DNA of 60,964 nt from Candidatus Moranbacteria bacterium GW2011_GWE2_35_2- (GCA_000990585.1 LBQD01000001.1:1-60964); one strand, 5' to 3'. Numbered from the stretch's first letter, positions 19,467-28,335 are shown. Numbers and translations are program-made. Notes: generated by a model from the letters alone, not told the origin.

Positions 19467-20165
19467 ATGGTGTTAGGTGGTTTCGAGAAATTTACAATGG
19501 TGGATTATCCAGGGAAATTAGCGACAACTGTTTTTACGGTTGGATGCAGTTTTCGCTGTCCTTTTTGTCATAATCCAGAATTTGTGGAACATGGAACATG
19601 GAATATGGAACATGGAATAATAGAGAAGAGTTTTTTTGAGTTTTTAGAAAATAGGAAGGGGAAGCTGGAAGCGGTTTGTATTACCGGAGGAGAACCGACG
19701 ATTCAACCGGATTTAATTTCTTTTATTGAGAAAATAAAAAAAATGGGATTTTTAGTTAAATTGGATTCCAATGGTACGCGTCCGGATGTTTTGAAAAAGA
19801 TAATTGACAGAAAAATTGTAGATTATATTGCGATGGACATTAAAAATATTCCGGAAAAATATAGTGAAACGGCAGGAGTAAAGGTGGATATAGAAAGAAT
19901 AAAGTTGAGTGTAAAATTAATAATAAACAGCAGAATTGACTATGAATTTCGTACCACAGTAGTGCCGGGGTTTCATAATGAAAAAGATTTTGAGAAAATT
20001 TCCGAATGGATTGATGGTGCGCGTGCTTATTTTCTGCAAGAATTTCGAGATTTCAAAGTTCTTGATTTGCAGATAGAAGAAAAGACGCAAGGAAAAAAAG
20101 TAGATTTGGAAAAAATAAAAAATAAAATAGGGGGAAAGTTTGGAAAAATAGGAATAAGGAGATAA
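19467..20165 (+). CDS. nrdG: Anaerobic RNR activating enzyme (radical SAM)
   Basis: 'DYPGKLATTVFTVGCSFRCPFCHNPE' (CxxxCxxC), 'ITGGEP'. Confidence 0.9.
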   Translation: MVLGGFEKFTMVDYPGKLATTVFTVGCSFRCPFCHNPEFVEHGTWNMEHGIIEKSFFEFLENRKGKLEAVCITGGEPTIQPDLISFIEKIKKMGFLVKLDSNGTRPDVLKKIIDRKIVDYIAMDIKNIPEKYSETAGVKVDIERIKLSVKLIINSRIDYEFRTTVVPGFHNEKDFEKISEWIDGARAYFLQEFRDFKVLDLQIEEKTQGKKVDLEKIKNKIGGKFGKIGIRR

Positions 20166-20232
20166 TGAGGTGCTTGACAAGTATGAATACTCTGATATTA
20201 TTGCATTAAGTTTTTATAAAATTTAACTTAAA

Positions 20233-20258
20233 ATACTGCTTGCTGGCAGTACTTTTTT
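20233..20258 (+). terminator. Intrinsic terminator after nrdG
   Basis: tactgc/gcagta stem followed by cttttttat. Confidence 0.65.
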
Positions 20259-20288
20259 ATTGATAATCTAATTACTAAAATAAAAAAA

Positions 20289-20744
20289 ATGACACGATTA
20301 ATCACGAAGGATGGACTTAAAAAACTTCAGGGTGAATTTGAAGAACGTAAAACAAAGGTGCGGCAGGAGATAGCACAGGCAATCAAAGAGGCGAAAGAGC
20401 AGGGAGATTTGAGTGAGAACGCTGAATATTCTGAAGCTAAGAGACAACAAGCTGAAAATGAAACACGGATCGCACAACTTGAAGTTATGATTAAAAATTC
20501 AGAAGTCGTTGAGCGTAATGGCAATAGTGATTGTGTTGAGATTGGTTCATTTGTGAAAGTAAAATTCAATGGAAGCGAGATGGAATTTCAACTTGTCGGT
20601 TCTAATGAAACTGATCCGGCGAATATGAAAATTTCTAATGAATCTCCGATGGGGAAATCTTTTATGGGCAAGTGTAAGGGAGAAAATGTTTCCGTGGAAA
20701 CTCCGGGAGGAAAGGTTAAGTATGAAATTTTAGAAGTCAAATAA
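20289..20744 (+). CDS. greA: Transcription elongation factor GreA
   Basis: 'GDLSENAEYSEAKRQQ', C-terminal 'ISNESPMGKSFMGK'. Confidence 0.93.
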   Translation: MTRLITKDGLKKLQGEFEERKTKVRQEIAQAIKEAKEQGDLSENAEYSEAKRQQAENETRIAQLEVMIKNSEVVERNGNSDCVEIGSFVKVKFNGSEMEFQLVGSNETDPANMKISNESPMGKSFMGKCKGENVSVETPGGKVKYEILEVK

Positions 20745-20824
20745 TTTTCTTCATACTTTTACACTGTTTTTTTATTTTATTTTAATTGGTTTAATTTTAA
20801 TTGGCGATTAGCGATAGTGAAAAA

Positions 20825-20880
20825 AGAAAAAACCTCGGAAAAAAATATATATATTCCGAGGTTTTTTATTTAAATAATAG
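20825..20880. terminator. Bidirectional terminator between convergent greA and rpmA
   Basis: 10-bp stem aacctcggaa/ttccgaggtt flanked by an A-run and a T-run. Confidence 0.8.
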
Positions 20881-20888
20881 CTGAATTA

Positions 20889-21185
20889 TTATTTTTTAGC
20901 AGTTTCTTTTTTTTCTATGATATTTACGAAACGTCTTTTTTCCAGTTTTCCCGTGAAGTTTCGCATCTTCTTTTTAGTAAACTCTATAATTCCGTCCTTG
21001 AGAGCAAAAAGTGTGTCATCTTCCGCTCGTTTGACATTTTTTCCAGGATGGAACTTGGTTCCTCTTTGACGAACGATAATGTTTCCAGCTTTTACTTTTT
21101 GACTTCCGAAGAGTTTTACTCCCAGACGCTTGGAAATTGAATCGCGTCCCAGTTGGGTAGATCCACCAGCTTTGCGATGTGCCAT
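20889..21185 (-). CDS. rpmA: 50S ribosomal protein L27 with a C-terminal extension
   Basis: '[29 protein letters not shown]...[13 protein letters not shown]'. Start set at the conserved MAH, not the upstream alternative. Confidence 0.93.
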   Translation of the reverse strand: MAHRKAGGSTQLGRDSISKRLGVKLFGSQKVKAGNIIVRQRGTKFHPGKNVKRAEDDTLFALKDGIIEFTKKKMRNFTGKLEKRRFVNIIEKKETAKK

Positions 21186-21290
21186 ATTTATAAGTGCAAA
21201 ATCAAAATGCAAAATGCAAAGTGACAAAGCAAAATTAAAAAATTTATGATATAATTAGTTGCAAAGTCAAGTATATCAAAAATATAAAAA

Positions 21291-21731
21291 TTGTCAATAA
21301 TCGGCGTGAAAAAAGTAAAAAATTGGAAAAAACAGGCAAAAGAAGTTTTTTTTAAATATGAATTGAAAATTGTAGTGTTTTTGGGAATGGTTTTAGTGGC
21401 CGTCATTTCATTTGAAATGGGTATTTTGCAGGGTCAAAAGTGGCAACAAGAACCGATGATTGTTGAGGTTCCGGCGGTAGCAGTGGCGGGTGGACAATCT
21501 GATTCGGAAATTAATGATGGCGCGAAAGAGGTCGAGAATAACAATCAGCAAGACGCGGGAAATGAAAATTTGGAAAAGTGCCTTTTTGTGGCAAGCAAGA
21601 ATTCAGACAAATATCATCCGGCGACAAATTGTCGTTGGGCAGACCAAATAAAAAAGGAAAACAAGGTTTGTTTTTCTAGCGAGCAAGAAGCGGAAAACAA
21701 GGGTTATGTGAAGTCAAGTTGTTTCAAATAG
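21291..21731 (+). CDS. Membrane-anchored protein with a C-terminal Ada-Zn-binding-like ('sunset'-type) domain
   Basis: One TM; C-terminal 'NSDKYHPATNCRWADQIKKENKVCFSSEQEAENKGYVKSSC'. Start codon uncertain (TTG 21291 or GTG 21306). Confidence 0.6.
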   Translation: MSIIGVKKVKNWKKQAKEVFFKYELKIVVFLGMVLVAVISFEMGILQGQKWQQEPMIVEVPAVAVAGGQSDSEINDGAKEVENNNQQDAGNENLEKCLFVASKNSDKYHPATNCRWADQIKKENKVCFSSEQEAENKGYVKSSCFK

Positions 21732-21743
21732 CTTCAAAGGTCG

Positions 21744-21773
21744 GCATTTGACCGCAAGGCGGTAATTGGATAA
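21744..21773 (+). repeat. 30-bp direct repeat, copy 1 (promoter-like TTGACC-17-TAAGAT)
   Basis: 'gcatttgaccgcaaggcggtaattggataa'; 28/30 identical to 22130-22159. Confidence 0.85.
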
Positions 21774-21779
21774 GATTTA

Positions 21780-22116
21780 GGCAAAATAGTTCTTCATTAG
21801 AGGTGAGAAGATGAAAACAAGAAAAGGTAGTCCAGCGGAAAAACTCGGGATTGATTTTAGCGGTAATCCTGATGTAAAGAACGATGACAGTAGGGTGTAG
21901 GGTTTTCATGCAATATTGGATTCTCCCGGGCGCCATCTCGTAGGAGGCTTGAGCGGGGTAAGGATCGGACATAATATGTGCACCTCAACCTTAGAGTTGG
22001 ATGGTGGTGTTCCAAGCGACGAGGAGATGTTTGATCTTCTCTCGACTAGACCGCAGTGCTCGGAAATTTAGTTCTTGCTGGTAAGGGGATGTGTTGAAGA
22101 ACCCATCCCTTTTTTA
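21780..22116 (+). ncRNA. Candidate structured RNA or leader of unknown class upstream of tyrS
   Basis: GC clearly above the surroundings. Starts after promoter-like repeat copy 1 and ends at a 9-bp stem plus T6 terminator (22083-22115). Long-range stem 21805-21818/21902-21925 and an alternative GTTCTT/AAGAAC pairing. Confidence 0.5.
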
Positions 22117-22129
22117 TTTGGATAATTAA

Positions 22130-22159
22130 GCATTTGACCGCGAGGCGGTAATCGGATAA
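22130..22159 (+). repeat. 30-bp direct repeat, copy 2 (promoter-like TTGACC-17-TAAACT, immediately upstream of tyrS)
   Basis: 'gcatttgaccgcgaggcggtaatcggataa'. Confidence 0.85.
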
Positions 22160-22171
22160 ACTTTAATTATT

Positions 22172-23377
22172 ATGGATAAAAAAGAACTTGAAAAAAAGGT
22201 GGATGAAATTTTGGAACGCGGGGTTTTGGTGGAATTTTTGCCGACTAAAAAAGAATTTCGAGAGAAATTGCTTTTTGGTGAAAAGCTTCGATTTTATATC
22301 GGCGCCGATCCAACCGCTAAAGCGCTTCATTTGGGGCACGCGCAAAATTTGATGATATTGGAAGATTTTCGAAAGTTGGGACACGAAGTGATTTTTCTTA
22401 TCGGAGATTTTACGGGAATGATTGGAGATCCGACTGATAAAGGCGCGGCTAGGGTGCGGCAGACGCGAGAAGGTGTTGAGGAGAATTTCAAGAATTGGCT
22501 TGAGCAAACGAAAAACATTCTTTCTTTTGATGATAAAGATAATCCGGTAAAAGTAAAATATAATTCCGAGTGGCTTTCTAAATTGAATTTCGAGCAAGTG
22601 ATTGATATTGCTAGTAATTTTACGGTCCAGCAAATGCTTGAGCGGGATATGTTTGAAAATAGAATGAAGGAAGGAAAGCCGATTCATTTGCATGAATTCT
22701 TGTATCCTTTGATGCAGGGATATGACAGTGTGGCAATGGATGTGGATGTGGAGCTTTGTGGAACTGATCAGATTTTCAACGCGTTGGCCGGAAGAACTTT
22801 GATGCAAAAAATCAAAGGCAAAGACAAGTTTGTGATTTCTGCCAAATTGATTGCTGATGAGAAAACCGGAATGTTGATGTCAAAATCCAATGGAACCGGA
22901 ATTTTTCTTGATTTGGATTCCAATGATTTGTTTGGAGCGATTATGTCTCAACCGGATGGAATGATTCATCCCTTGCTTTTGGGCTGTACAAGAATTTCTT
23001 TGGATGAAATCAAAGAGTTGATGAAATTGGAAAATCCGCGGGATGCGAAGGTGCGGTTGGCGCATGAGATTGTGAAAATTTATCATGGGGAAGAAAAATC
23101 CCAAGAAGCGGAAGAATATTTTGTGAATACTTTTTCTAAAAAAGAAATTCCGGAGGAAGTGCGAGAGGTGAAAGCAGGAGGAGATATAAATTTTATTGAT
23201 TTTTTGGTTTTGGCAAATGTGGCAACAAGCAGAGGGGATGCGCGCCGGAAAATCGAACAAGGCGGAGTTTCAATTGAGGGTGAAAAAATAACAGACCCGA
23301 ATAAAGTTTTAGATATTTCTTTTTCCGGAAAAATAATCAAAGTTGGCAAAAAAGATTTTGTGAAAATAGTTTTTTAG
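22172..23377 (+). CDS. tyrS: Tyrosyl-tRNA synthetase (short type with C-terminal S4 domain)
   Basis: 'YIGADPTAKALHLGHA' (HIGH), 'YPLMQGYDSVAMDVDVELCGTDQIFN', 'MSKSNG' (KMSKS-like), C-terminal S4-like 'SRGDARRKIEQGGVSIEGEKI'. Confidence 0.88.
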   Translation: MDKKELEKKVDEILERGVLVEFLPTKKEFREKLLFGEKLRFYIGADPTAKALHLGHAQNLMILEDFRKLGHEVIFLIGDFTGMIGDPTDKGAARVRQTREGVEENFKNWLEQTKNILSFDDKDNPVKVKYNSEWLSKLNFEQVIDIASNFTVQQMLERDMFENRMKEGKPIHLHEFLYPLMQGYDSVAMDVDVELCGTDQIFNALAGRTLMQKIKGKDKFVISAKLIADEKTGMLMSKSNGTGIFLDLDSNDLFGAIMSQPDGMIHPLLLGCTRISLDEIKELMKLENPRDAKVRLAHEIVKIYHGEEKSQEAEEYFVNTFSKKEIPEEVREVKAGGDINFIDFLVLANVATSRGDARRKIEQGGVSIEGEKITDPNKVLDISFSGKIIKVGKKDFVKIVF

Positions 23378-23424
23378 ATTAAGTATCTTGGTTTTTAATT
23401 TCAGGATGATAGAATAATGCAAAT

Positions 23425-23850
23425 ATGAAGTTTTTATTTGATTGGCTTAAAAATATATTGTCCAGTGAAAAACTGGTCGCAAAAGAAACCGGAAAGCCGG
23501 CGATTGGTTTTGAAAATGTTGTGGTGGGAAGAATTTTGGAAATCCAAAAACATCCAAATGCTGATAGGCTGCAAATTACAAAAACAGATGTCGGCGGAGA
23601 AATTTTACAAATTGTGTGTGGCGCAAAAAATATCGAAGTTGGACAAAAGGTTCCGGTTGCGTTGGTTGGCGCAAAACTTCCGAATGGATTAGAGATAAGA
23701 GAAACCCAGATTCGCGGAGAAAAATCTTTCGGGATGTTGTGCGCCAAGGACGAGTTAGGTTTGGGGGATGATCATTCCGGAATTTTTATTCTGGATAAAA
23801 ACGCCGAAGTTGGAATGAAATTTGCAAAATATATCAATTTAAATAAATAA
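23425..23850 (+). CDS. Stand-alone PheT N-terminal (B1-B2) tRNA-binding domain protein
   Basis: 'MKFLFDWLKN', 'VVVGRILEIQKHPNADRLQITKTDVG...IVCGAKNIEVGQKVPVALVGAKLP', 'IRGEKSFGMLCAKDELGL' match the start and OB-fold of the bacterial PheRS beta subunit. Only 141 aa. Confidence 0.85.
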   Translation: MKFLFDWLKNILSSEKLVAKETGKPAIGFENVVVGRILEIQKHPNADRLQITKTDVGGEILQIVCGAKNIEVGQKVPVALVGAKLPNGLEIRETQIRGEKSFGMLCAKDELGLGDDHSGIFILDKNAEVGMKFAKYINLNK

Positions 23851-23871
23851 CTCAGTGAAGTAAATAAAAAT

Positions 23872-25014
23872 ATGCGAAAGATTGTTATTGAGGATCCAAA
23901 TGAAAAAGCTTTGATCGAAGAAGTAAATAAAAGAAGCGATATTAAGGCTGAGCGTATAAAAAGATTTGTAGCCTTGCCTGATCTGACAAAAAAAGATAAC
24001 TCGCCTATAAAAATTTTAGTTGACCAGATTTTGAGTCTTCCGAGATTTGCCAATTTTGATATCGTTGAAATTCCCAAAATAACAACAGTGGAAAGAGAGT
24101 TTGATATTTTGAATTCTCCCAAAGATCATCCTTCACGCAAAGAAACCGACACTTTCTTCTTAGATAATACAAATCATTTGCGCACCCAGATGACAGTGAT
24201 GTGGTCATATTATCTGACTAACAAAGAAATTCTGGAAAAACTCGAGCGAGATGGAGAGGTTATGGCGCTTGCGCCAGGTCTTGTTTATAGAAAGGATGAG
24301 ATAGACAGGAAACATTTTCCAGCATTCCATCAGATTGATGGTCTTTTGCTCTGCAAGAAAGACAAAAAAATAATAACGCTGGATGATTTGAAAGAAGTGG
24401 AGATAGAGATGACAAAAAGCATTTTCGGAGAAAATATAGAATATAGGTTTTTAGTCGATGCTTTTCCTTTTACTGATCCATCTGTTCAAATTGAAATGAA
24501 GTTTAATGATGACTGGATCGAGGTTGTCGGTTCTGGCTTGGTGCATCCTCAGGTATTAAGAAATTTAAATATTGATCCGGAGGTTTATAATGGTTGGGCA
24601 TTCGGCTTTGGAATAGAGAGATTGGCTATGGTCAAATTCGAGATACCGGATATTCGAATTTTTTGGTCGAATGACGAAAGGATTACAAGCCAATTCAAGG
24701 ATATCAATAGCAAGTTTACCGAGGTTAGCAAATTTCCCGCAACCATCAGAGACATCTCGTTTATCATTGATAAAGATATAAATATTAATAATTATTATGA
24801 AATTGTTCGAGATTATGCGGACAATCTGATCGAGGAGGTGAAACTTTTGGATGAATATGAAAATGATGAAAAGTTCGGTAAAAACAAAAAAAGCTACACC
24901 TTCCGTATCGTTTATCGTTCATCTGAAAGAACTTTGACCAACGAAGAAATCAATGAAATACAGGCGAAGATCCGCGCAAAAACTGAAAAGGAACTGGAAG
25001 CTTTATTGAGGTAA
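23872..25014 (+). CDS. pheS: Single-chain PheRS: alpha-type catalytic core fused to a C-terminal FDX-ACB (B8) anticodon-binding domain (mitochondrial FARS2-like architecture)
   Basis: 'DHPSRKETDTF', 'LVYRKDEIDRKHFPAFHQIDG', 'FPFTDPS', 'GWAFGFGIERLAM..EIPDIRIFWSNDERITSQF', then 'SKFPATIRDISFII...YTFRIVYRSSERTLTNEEI'. Confidence 0.88.
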   Translation: MRKIVIEDPNEKALIEEVNKRSDIKAERIKRFVALPDLTKKDNSPIKILVDQILSLPRFANFDIVEIPKITTVEREFDILNSPKDHPSRKETDTFFLDNTNHLRTQMTVMWSYYLTNKEILEKLERDGEVMALAPGLVYRKDEIDRKHFPAFHQIDGLLLCKKDKKIITLDDLKEVEIEMTKSIFGENIEYRFLVDAFPFTDPSVQIEMKFNDDWIEVVGSGLVHPQVLRNLNIDPEVYNGWAFGFGIERLAMVKFEIPDIRIFWSNDERITSQFKDINSKFTEVSKFPATIRDISFIIDKDININNYYEIVRDYADNLIEEVKLLDEYENDEKFGKNKKSYTFRIVYRSSERTLTNEEINEIQAKIRAKTEKELEALLR

Positions 25015-25026
25015 GAAAATGATGAA

Positions 25027-25056
25027 AAGCAGTCCAATTGGAGGATTGCTTTTTTG
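25027..25056 (+). terminator. Intrinsic terminator after the PheRS gene
   Basis: gcagtcc/ggattgc stem (one G-U pair) plus tttttt. Confidence 0.7.
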
Positions 25057-25145
25057 TTTGACAAAACGTGTAAAAAGTATTATTATTGTTTGGACGTATT
25101 AAGTTAAGTATTGTTTGATACATTGAAAATTTTGCTTTATATCAA

Positions 25146-25549
25146 GGTAAATCGGGCAATTGCTCTGCTGATGTTTTGCATTGGCGGAGAGGAAAGTCCG
25201 GACATTCCCCTGGTTTTATACTAGGGAGCAGGGTAGCGGCTCCGACGCTCGAAAGGGTGCGGAGTTCCGACATTGAAAAATCGTCGGAGGTAATGCCCGT
25301 CATGGGGAAACCCAAGAGGTGCGAGCAGAGACGTTTTATTTCGAAAGAAATAAAATATCCCCCTCACGAGGGATAAGCTCTTATAGTAATATAAGAGGTG
25401 AAACGGCTAAATCCTTACCTGAATGCAAGGTCGTACTCTGACGTTATGTCAGGGGGTGCCGCTTGACTCCGACGGTAACGTCGGAGCTAGATAAATGATT
25501 GCCACTCCGACCTTGCGTCGGAGGACAGAATCCGGCTTATAGATTTGCC
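25146..25549 (+). ncRNA. rnpB: RNase P RNA (bacterial type)
   Basis: 'gagaggaaagtccggac' (CR-I), 'acagaatccggcttat' (CR-V), P1 pairing 25146-25153 with 25541-25549. GC-rich island in an AT-rich context; TTGACA-17-TATTAT at 25058-25086 upstream. Confidence 0.9.
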
Positions 25550-25604
25550 TTGGTATGAAGTTGAATTTTTGTTGAAAGTATTTGTGGTGTATAATAGAAA
25601 TAAT

Positions 25605-27041
25605 ATGAAACGATCCGAATTATTTTTTAGTGCTATTCAAGTTCCGGCTGATTTTGCGATGATAGTTTTGGGCGCTATCAGCGCTTTTTTTATTCGTGAA
25701 AATTTGGAAGTGACGAAATTTTTCAACCTTCAGCCGCTTAAATTTCATAATGTGCATTTTGAAGAATACATTAATATCGTTTTTATTTCCGTTCCTTTTT
25801 TTCTGCTTATCTATGCTTTGGAAGGATTGTATGATATTCGGGCGACGCGAAAATTTTGGAAAGAAACTTTTAAGGTTTTTACTGCCACTTCAATTGGCTT
25901 GGTGATTATAATTATTGCGATATTTCTCAAGAGAGAATGGTTTTCTTCTCGTTTTATAATTTTGGCGGCGTGGTTTATTGCCGTTTTTTATGTTGTTGCG
26001 GCTAGATATATTTTGCATAGAATTCAGCTGTGGCTTTTGAAAAGTCGAGGAATTGGCATTCATCGCGTGCTTTTGATTGGACATAATGGAAAGGTGAAGG
26101 AGATTTCTCGAATGATAAGGAGGAATCGCAATTTAGGTTATCGTATTGTGGATATTATTAATACGGCTCAATTAAAAGTGATCAAGCAAATAAAGAAAGA
26201 AAAAGGAGTTGATGAGGTAATTTTGTGTTCATCGTCTATTCCGGATGATGAATTGGAAAAACTGATTGATTTTTGCGCCATCAATAATATTTCATATAAA
26301 TTTGTTCCAACAACTTTGCAAACCTCAAAGTATAAAATAGGCGTGTTGGGCGGGGAGCCGATTATAGAAGTTTTGCATACTCCGCTAGACGGATGGGGGA
26401 GAATTACCAAGAGAATTTTCGATATCATTTTTTCAGTTGTTTTAATTATTCTTACTTTCCCAATCATGCTGCTTGTAGCGCTTTTGATAAAATTGGAAGA
26501 TAGGAATGGACCGATAATATACAAAAACGAAAGAATCGGAGCTGAGGGAATAAAATTTTTTGCGTACAAATTTCGTTATATGAAGTGGGAATATAGTATT
26601 TCCAAAGATAATCCTAATTTTGAAAAAGCATTTGAATTCGAAAAAAAACTGATTACTGAAAGGAGTGTGCGTCAAGGACCACTATATAAAATCAAAGATG
26701 ATCCGCGAAAAACAAAAGTCGGAAGATTTATTGAAAAATATTCCATTGATGAATTTCCTCAGTTTTTCAATGTGCTTTTCGGTTCAATGAGCTTGATTGG
26801 CCCGCGTCCACATCAAAAACGGGAAGTGGAGAAATATATGGAATATCATAGAAGATTACTCACAATTAAACCTGGCGTAACTGGAATGGCACAGGTTTCA
26901 GGTCGATCCGATTTGGATTTCGAGGATGAATATAAATTAGATTTATTTTATATTGAAAATTGGTCATTGACATTGGATATTCAAATAATTTTCAAGACAA
27001 TCGGAGTCTTGCTTCATAGAAGAAAAAATAATAGCAATTAA
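25605..27041 (+). CDS. Polyprenyl-phosphate sugar phosphotransferase (WbaP/EpsL-like bacterial sugar transferase)
   Basis: N-terminal TM bundle; C-terminal 'KRIFDI', 'GPIIYKNERIG..G..F..YKFR', 'DEFPQFFNVLFGSMSLIGPRP', 'KPGVTGMAQV'. Confidence 0.9.
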   Translation: MKRSELFFSAIQVPADFAMIVLGAISAFFIRENLEVTKFFNLQPLKFHNVHFEEYINIVFISVPFFLLIYALEGLYDIRATRKFWKETFKVFTATSIGLVIIIIAIFLKREWFSSRFIILAAWFIAVFYVVAARYILHRIQLWLLKSRGIGIHRVLLIGHNGKVKEISRMIRRNRNLGYRIVDIINTAQLKVIKQIKKEKGVDEVILCSSSIPDDELEKLIDFCAINNISYKFVPTTLQTSKYKIGVLGGEPIIEVLHTPLDGWGRITKRIFDIIFSVVLIILTFPIMLLVALLIKLEDRNGPIIYKNERIGAEGIKFFAYKFRYMKWEYSISKDNPNFEKAFEFEKKLITERSVRQGPLYKIKDDPRKTKVGRFIEKYSIDEFPQFFNVLFGSMSLIGPRPHQKREVEKYMEYHRRLLTIKPGVTGMAQVSGRSDLDFEDEYKLDLFYIENWSLTLDIQIIFKTIGVLLHRRKNNSN

Positions 27042-27070
27042 AAAGTGAAATCTCTTTACTTATTTATATA

Positions 27071-27094
27071 AAATCGCCAACCTGGCGATTTTTT
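27071..27094 (+). terminator. Intrinsic terminator
   Basis: atcgcca/tggcgat stem plus tttttt. Confidence 0.75.
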
Positions 27095-27108
27095 GGTATA
27101 ATTTGGGT

Positions 27109-28335
27109 ATGAATAAGAATGCAGGGACAAAAAAAATAGAAAAAAATAATTTGATAAATAATGATGTTTTTCAAATTTCCTCTAATCCCCCTTTTTCAAA
27201 AAGGGGAATTAAAATTGCTTTGGTCCATGATTATTTAGTTCAATATGGAGGCGCGGAAAGAGTGCTGGATAGTTTTTGCGAACTTTTTCCTGAAGCGTCG
27301 ATTTATACTATTGCATATGACAAAAAGTCTATGCATGGACATTTCGAAGGAAAGAAGATTCAAACTTCTTTTTTACAAAAGATTCCTTTCGCACGCAGTC
27401 GTCATAGAATGTTTCCAGTTTTGATGCCGATGGCAATCGAGAAATTTGATTTTTCTAATTATGACGTGGTACTTTCTGATTCTTCCAGTTTTGCCAAGGG
27501 AATTATTACCGGACAGGAGACGCTCCATATTTGCTATATGCATACTCCTATGCGTTTTGCATGGGATGATTGCCAAAAATATACGGAAGATTTTTATTTC
27601 CCCAAGTTTATAAAAAAACTGATTCCTTTTTTTATGAATTATGTTCGTCTTTGGGATAGATCCAGCGCTGAGCGTCCGGACAAAATTATCGCTAATTCAA
27701 AGTTTATTTCCAGAAGAATTAAAAAATATTACAAAAGAGATTCGATAGTTATTAATCCTCCGGTAAATGTGAATAATTTTTATGTAAGCAAAAAACAGGA
27801 GGATTATTTTTTATTGGTTGGAAGATTGATGGTGTATAAAAGATTTGATATTGTCATTGAAGCTTTTAAGCAATTGGGATTGAAATTGAAAATTATCGGT
27901 CGGGGACCAGATGCGGAAAGATTGAAAAAAATGGCTCATGGATATGGAAATATTGAATTTCTTGGCAGGCTTTCTGATAAACAATTATTTGATTATTATT
28001 CGCGATGTCAAGCGTTTATTTTTCCGCAAGAAGAAGATTTTGGTATTACGGCAATTGAGGCGATGGCGTCAGGAAGACCATTGATCGCTTTTCGCGGCGG
28101 GGATATTCCTGAACATATGGAAGAAGGAAAGAGCGGGACATTTTTTGACAAACAATCTTCTGAAGCGATTGTGGAGGCAGTAGAAAAATTCAAAAACATA
28201 CATTTTGACGGGGAGTATATTCGTAACAAAGTTCTAAAATTCGACCGCGAGATTTTTAAAGATAAAATCAAAGAATTTATTGAAAATGAGACATCCGGGT
28301 TTATCGAGAAGCAGATGCGTTGTTTTAAAGAGTAA
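27109..28335 (+). CDS. Glycosyltransferase, GT4-type (GT-B fold)
   Basis: 'YGGAERV', 'FPQEEDFGITAIEAMASGRPLIA', 'SGTFF'. Confidence 0.85.
   Translation: MNKNAGTKKIEKNNLINNDVFQISSNPPFSKRGIKIALVHDYLVQYGGAERVLDSFCELFPEASIYTIAYDKKSMHGHFEGKKIQTSFLQKIPFARSRHRMFPVLMPMAIEKFDFSNYDVVLSDSSSFAKGIITGQETLHICYMHTPMRFAWDDCQKYTEDFYFPKFIKKLIPFFMNYVRLWDRSSAERPDKIIANSKFISRRIKKYYKRDSIVINPPVNVNNFYVSKKQEDYFLLVGRLMVYKRFDIVIEAFKQLGLKLKIIGRGPDAERLKKMAHGYGNIEFLGRLSDKQLFDYYSRCQAFIFPQEEDFGITAIEAMASGRPLIAFRGGDIPEHMEEGKSGTFFDKQSSEAIVEAVEKFKNIHFDGEYIRNKVLKFDREIFKDKIKEFIENETSGFIEKQMRCFKE

Noticed and set aside
21780-22116. Canonical T-box riboswitch for tyrS
   Set aside because: The position, the terminator with a competing stem, GA-rich 'ugagaaga', an exposed UGGU and a UAU codon in a one-sided loop are all suggestive. 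Against this, the conserved T-box 14-mer (AGGGUGGNACCGCG) and the Stem I distal AG-bulge/loop motifs are not recognisable. The loop geometry is atypical, and a promoter-like repeat lies between the terminator and the gene. It is kept as an open hypothesis in findings, not as a call.
22163-22807. 214-aa minus-strand ORF opposite tyrS
   Set aside because: It is a shadow ORF of a clearly recognisable TyrRS and has no motifs.
25176-25376. 66-aa ORF in the track
   Set aside because: It lies wholly inside RNase P RNA and begins within the CR-I 'ggaaagtccgg' region. It is open only because of local GC-richness.
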